64,000 nt of DNA from Balanoglossus misakiensis (lineage: Eukaryota; Animalia; Hemichordata), in NCBI GenBank assembly GCA_040954595.2, contig CM082587.2:7739705-7803704 (forward strand), in the 5' to 3' direction. Under the pieces are notes generated by a model. The model saw only the letters and a list, made by a program, of their open reading frames with translations, was not told where the DNA came from and did not search any database. Made by a program: the position numbers and the translations under genes. Within the stretch, counting starts at the first letter, position 1; each line of letters begins with the position of its first letter. Positions 59,916 through 64,000 of the stretch are shown here, piece after piece.

Positions 59916-62293
59916 TTATTTCTTATTTTCGTCCAGCTGCTTGATAATTTCCGCTTTCTTGGCAGCAGACATGGGATGTCTGGCTTTTGCGATGCTGGAT
60001 TTTTTGAACCAGTCTCCAAAGTTGAAGAAAGAGTCTGGCCACCAGTCGGACGCACTGTCAGAATCTCCTTCGTACAGGTCCTCCAATTCTTGTCCAATCA
60101 TGTTCATTACATCAAGCATATCTGAAATCGAAACAGAGTCAATAAATCACACTGTCATTTCACGGCCTTTGCCCCCCCCCCCTCTCTCTCTCTCTCAATA
60201 TATGTAAAGTAAAATCTAAGTTTGAAAATAATGCATACTAAAATGACAGATCGTGGGGGTATAGCTTCTTTGTTAATCAACGTCTATGTCACTGAGGTAT
60301 CTTGTGTCTCACCTCACAATATCACTATGTCTGATATTTGAATTAATGCCTTTGGATGTTGAAATATGTGTGTGCGTTTTCAAGGTAACCTGGGTGAAGT
60401 AATATGCTACGCACATACTGTGTGCTGCGGTGGAATGGTGGGGGGGGGGTGAGATGGGTCTAGAATTCGAAACGCAACTAGCTTTGAAGGGTGGTTTTCA
60501 CTTTCATGATTCAAATGACGAAAATCAGGGTTCTAGGATAACATGGATAAGTGAGAAAAATACTTGCAAGATATATTCACTCTGTGATTTTCGGTTTAAA
60601 AGCTTGCACGCAATTTACGTACGAGAGCACATAGCGGACCCTTCTCACTATAATATTGTGCGCGTTATGGATTGTTATTGGTGCCGAGCAAGCTACGTTG
60701 GGCCATCCACTGCGGAATTTTACGGGACAAAAGATAAATCTTTTAAAACATGTCCGAAGCAGCGTAAAGTTTTCTAAACTTTTTAACAATAAACGCTAAC
60801 CTGGTGGAAGCCTGTAGCCACAGTCGGAACAGTCGGAGCCAAATTCACAGACACTGTAATCAGAATTGATACCACTATCATCGCACTCGCCATCGCCAGC
60901 GAAGATGCATCGGTCATTGCAAGCTATATAGAGAATAGAGAAAAGCATTATGAATGGAACGCTCCTGAAACAACCGAACGGTGCAATTTTATAGGAATTC
61001 GTGCTCTTTAACTTTACTCCTACATGGCTTACAAAATGAAGTTTTTCGTAGCTTCTAGTTAAATTGGAGTATTAACATTCATATAAATCATTTTGAAATA
61101 TTTATTGAAGGTATGTGATTGAAGTTGACAGCGACTTTCAGCTCAAAACGTTTATGCTAATGATGTAGTCGGTTGATTTCGTCGGTTGGTTAAAAATCTT
61201 GACCAAAAACGTGGAAACGTGACGTTTAAAAAAAGCATCACCTGGGTCATATTCGAATTCGGCAACTCCGCAATCGGCGCAGTCCGACCCCAACGGGCAG
61301 AAAGCGGTGACAGCGCCGGGGCGTCCGTCGTCACACTCCCCGTCAGCGTTGAACGGACAGCCGTCGTTACAGTGGGCATCCAGATCGACGTATCCGCAGT
61401 CGCTGCAATCGGAGCCAGTCATGCAGATGTCGTAGTCGGAGCCGGGGCGGCCGTCGTCACACTCGCCATCGCCGGCATATGGGCACATATCGTTGCATAA
61501 GGGGTCCACTGGAAAATGATGTCAACAAAATGCAAGTCATGGTGAAAAAGTTATTTGTTTTAAAAATATGATAGTAAAATCTCATCAATTTGAATAACCA
61601 CGATTTTACCAAAAACTTCCATAATGAATAAGATCATTTTGCGAGCTCTTCCTTCAAATTGTCCCTTTTCTGTAATTATTTCGAAGTGCGATAACAAGGA
61701 GTTAATTGATCGGAATTTCAAAGTTATCATTTTGTGTTCCAGTGGAATAGCTATAGCTAGAGACAAATTGATCAAATCATTTCAAACTTTATTACAGTTT
61801 CAGAAAACAAAGAAAATAACTTACCGTCTAACTCCTTCTTGTTTTGTCCCAGTTTAATTCCTTTCTGAAAATAATATACGAGTATAAAAATGATTCAAAT
61901 TTTCGTAAAAATAAAACCTGAAAAACCATGATGACAATAATTGTGTTCCACACAAAGTACATGTAAATTGGCATGATCAGCGCAAAGAATGCCCCATGTA
62001 ATTTTGAAAGGGTTGGCGTGTAGTAAATTTCAGGGACGGAAACCATGATGCGAACATTAATTTTGGGTATCGTTGATCTATTCTGTCTGTTTTTTTTTCT
62101 TCTAACATATGGTTTCTGTAGAATAGCGAACAAAATTGAACCGCAAACGGACACTTACTTCCTGTACCCTGTTCGCGATGGCAGACTTCCTTTGTTTCAA
62201 AAGCTGGTTGACGAAATCCTTCTTACTCGGCTTGTCAGCCAGCCCACAGGCTAGCATTGACACGCACAGAAAGGCGACCAGTGAAACTTGCAT
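59916..62293 (-). CDS. Secreted precursor (~256 aa) with three acidic 6-Cys LNR/Notch-like repeats
   Basis: Exons 62293-62159, 61864-61825, 61508-61242, 60923-60801, 60121-59916 splice in frame (771 nt). Signal peptide MQVSLVAFLCVSMLACGLA, then three C-N-D-x-C-x-[YF]-x-x-DGECDD-x8-C-x2-GSDC-x-DCG repeats. Confidence 0.88.
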
Positions 62294-62317
62294 GTTGACG
62301 CCGACTCAGGAACACTA

Positions 62318-62350
62318 TACTGCGAAGAGTTGTCATTGCGAGAATTTATA
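62318..62350 (-). promoter_or_regulatory. TATA box plus Inr of the secreted-protein gene
   Basis: TATAAAT at 62350-62344 (minus strand), a GCAGT Inr-like site ~30 nt downstream (~62321), and the ATG ~28 nt further on. Confidence 0.6.
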
Positions 62351-62487
62351 CTTGTCAGAGAAATATTACAGTTATGCATAGAATAAACATCCACCCAACT
62401 TACATAATAAGTACATGTCTTAAACTTGTGGGTGTTGCTGTGGCAATCACAAATACCAGTATGCGAATACGTGATGGGCGTCAATGA

Positions 62488-64000
62488 TTGATATGCATGT
62501 CAATACATAGCAAGTCAGGTGCAGATGGTCGCATTCGGTTAAATCCTTGTAGGGTGAAACCAAATCAACCACCGTGGTTTGGCACTAAGTGCCAACAGAC
62601 CAAAGCCACAGTCTACAATAAATTAAAGTTGTTCAGACAATTGGGTACACAGGATTCTCTTGACGAGTTTAAGTCTGCAAAGAAACACTTCAAACAGATT
62701 TGCAAGAACTGCAAGCATGAGTACCAAAATTCCATTCGTAATTGTTTCCGGGAGGCGGCATCACAAAACTCTGGCGAATTTTGGTCCATTTTGAACTCTG
62801 TGATTGGCCGCAGGAAATTCTCCCAAAGTGAAATTAGTATTCAGTCATGGTTTGACTACTTCAGTAACCTGTACAAAAAATGCCACGACATTGAATCGGG
62901 GGATTTGGAGTTCTTGCGCTCTGTGGAGGAAGAAATAAATTCGTATACATGTAACAACAATGATCTAGAAGAGAACGTTCAGCATACCAATGATGTGTGT
63001 AATAGTCCAATAACAGAAACTGAAGTCTTGAATTGTCTGAGAAAGCTTAAAAATGGGAAAGCACCAGGGCCTGATGGTCTGCCCAACGAATTTTATAGCT
63101 ACGCAGCGGATGTAATTTTGCCACTATTAGTGCAAACATTCAACTTTATTTTTGAGTCTGGAAGATTTCCTCCTGAGTGGTCAGTTGCCATTGTCATTCC
63201 ACTGTTCAAGAAAGGAGTCAAAAGTGATGTAAACAACTACAGGGGTATTTCTTTGTTAAATGCGCTTGGAAAGGTCTTTACCTCAATACTGAACGATCGT
63301 TTAACAAAATGGTCCGACAGTTCAAATATCGTCTCAGACTGCCAAGCAGGTTTTAGAAAAAATCACGGCACTACGGATAACATTTTTACCTTACACGCCA
63401 TCATTCAGAAATATTTAAGTGTCCGTCGTGGAAAACTTTACTGTCTCTTCATTGACTTTTCCAAGGCATTTGACAGGGTTAACCACTCCCTCCTGTTGTA
63501 CAAACTCATGTCGCTAGGCATCAAGGGGAAAATGTTTCGTATTTTAAAATCCATGTATTCCAATATTAAGTCATGTGTCAGAGCGGGCAATGTCTCATCA
63601 CACTATTTTGATTGTCCAGCTGGGGTCAGGCAGGGATGTATCCTAAGCCCCATATTATTCAGTTTCTTTATAGAAGAACTTAACTCCATGTACATGTCAG
63701 CTGGTATTATGGGTGTTCAACTTACCCAAGAATTGTATGACCTTTTCTGTTTATTATACGCAGATGATGTCGTCATTTTTGCTGATTCTGTTAGAAATTT
63801 GCAATGTTTGATTGACATTTTAGCCATTTTTTGCACTAAATGGCGTATGCAGATCAATTTTGATAAAACAAAGGTAATGATATTTCGTAAAGGTGGCCAT
63901 CGTTCGCGATGGGAGAAATGGCATTTTAATGGAACTGCGATTGAGATTGTTTCTCATTATAAGTACCTTGGCCTTCTCCTTTCCTCACGAAATTCATGGT
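62488..64000 (+). mobile_element. 5'-truncated non-LTR retrotransposon (LINE) ORF2 reverse transcriptase; runs off the window
   Basis: Frame +1 is open from 62488 to the end: PPWF, KNGKAPGPDGLPNEFY, IPLFKKG, NNYRGISLL, QAGFRK, FIDFSKAFDRV, GVRQGCILSP, LLYADD, INFDKTKVMIF, YKYLG. No endonuclease domain upstream. Clade (RTE-X or CR1/L2 group) not determined. Confidence 0.95.

Overview
Eukaryotic (animal) genomic DNA: AT-rich, intron-rich and MITE/microsatellite-laden. An invertebrate deuterostome such as a hemichordate is my guess, not a certainty. Manual splicing gives seven protein-coding loci. In order: the myristoylated first exon of an ABL tyrosine kinase (-, runs off the left edge); a 12-exon ODAD3/CCDC151-family gene (-); SWI5 (+, head-to-head with it); an uncharacterised, X-box-rich, probably ciliary gene with an 11-kb first intron (-); an intronless orphan class-A GPCR (+); a ~49-exon NUP188 (+); and a 5-exon secreted precursor with three acidic 6-Cys LNR-like repeats (-). 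A 5'-truncated LINE RT with an open ORF runs off the right edge. At least four non-autonomous DNA-transposon families are present. Best candidates for new biology: the secreted Cys/Asp-repeat precursor and the X-box-associated unknown gene, which carries a minisatellite made of its own splice donor. All exon coordinates were read by eye, and no database search was run.
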